A stretch of 64,000 bases of DNA from Octopus bimaculoides (Eukaryota). Positions 63,770 through 64,000 of the stretch are shown here, in pieces. The notes below the pieces were generated by a model. That model had not been told where the DNA came from. It ran no database searches and saw nothing but the letters and a program-made list of their open reading frames with translations. The stretch's first letter is position 1; each line of letters opens with the position of its first letter. The stretch covers positions 177,995,780 to 178,059,779 of the forward strand of contig NC_068982.1 in NCBI RefSeq assembly GCF_001194135.2, in the 5' to 3' direction. Made by a program: the position numbers and the translations under genes.

Positions 63770-64000
63770 CATCATCATCATCATCATCGTTTAACGTCCG
63801 CTTTCCATGCTAGCATGGGTTGGACGATTTGACTGAGGACTGGTGAAACCGGATGGCAACACCAGGCTCCAATCTAATTTGGCAGAGTTTCTACAGCTGG
63901 ATGCCCTTCCTAACGCCAACCACTCAGAGAGTGTAGTGGGTGCTTTTACGTGTCACCCGCACGAAAACGGCCACGCTCGAAATGGTGTCTTTTATGTGCC
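63770..64000 (-). mobile_element. Young RTE 3' end, runs off window
   Basis: CATCATCATCGTTTAACGTCCGC start. Confidence 0.82.

Overview
Eukaryotic, AT-rich, repeat-dense scaffold with six N-gaps. The repeat landscape and abundant microsatellites suggest an octopus (cephalopod) genome; this is inference, not a database match. Two convergent spliced genes can be reconstructed by hand. (1) On +, the 3' part of an SMCR8 ortholog: nine coding exons, 1-22621, all GT-AG with consistent phases. (2) On -, a divergent GRB2/Drk-like SH3-SH2-SH3 adaptor: four coding exons, 53659-34951; the first coding exon was not found. The introns hold one 5S rRNA copy fused to a LINE 3' end, many 5'-truncated RTE-LINE ends with (GAT)n tails, several tRNA-derived SINE families, mariner and maT/Tc1-type transposon relics, MITEs, a non-autonomous Helitron and two Penelope-like elements. 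The most unusual items are a TSD-flanked ~220-bp palindrome carrying hammerhead-ribozyme-like cores on both strands (36682-36930), a GIY-YIG-only Penelope fragment bracketed by inverted repeats, the 5S-RTE chimera and a ~170-bp AT-rich hairpin. No CRISPR arrays or prokaryotic features were seen. Most ORFs in the supplied track are spurious (microsatellite, gap or TE-antisense). TE coordinates other than those with explicit TIR/TSD are approximate.
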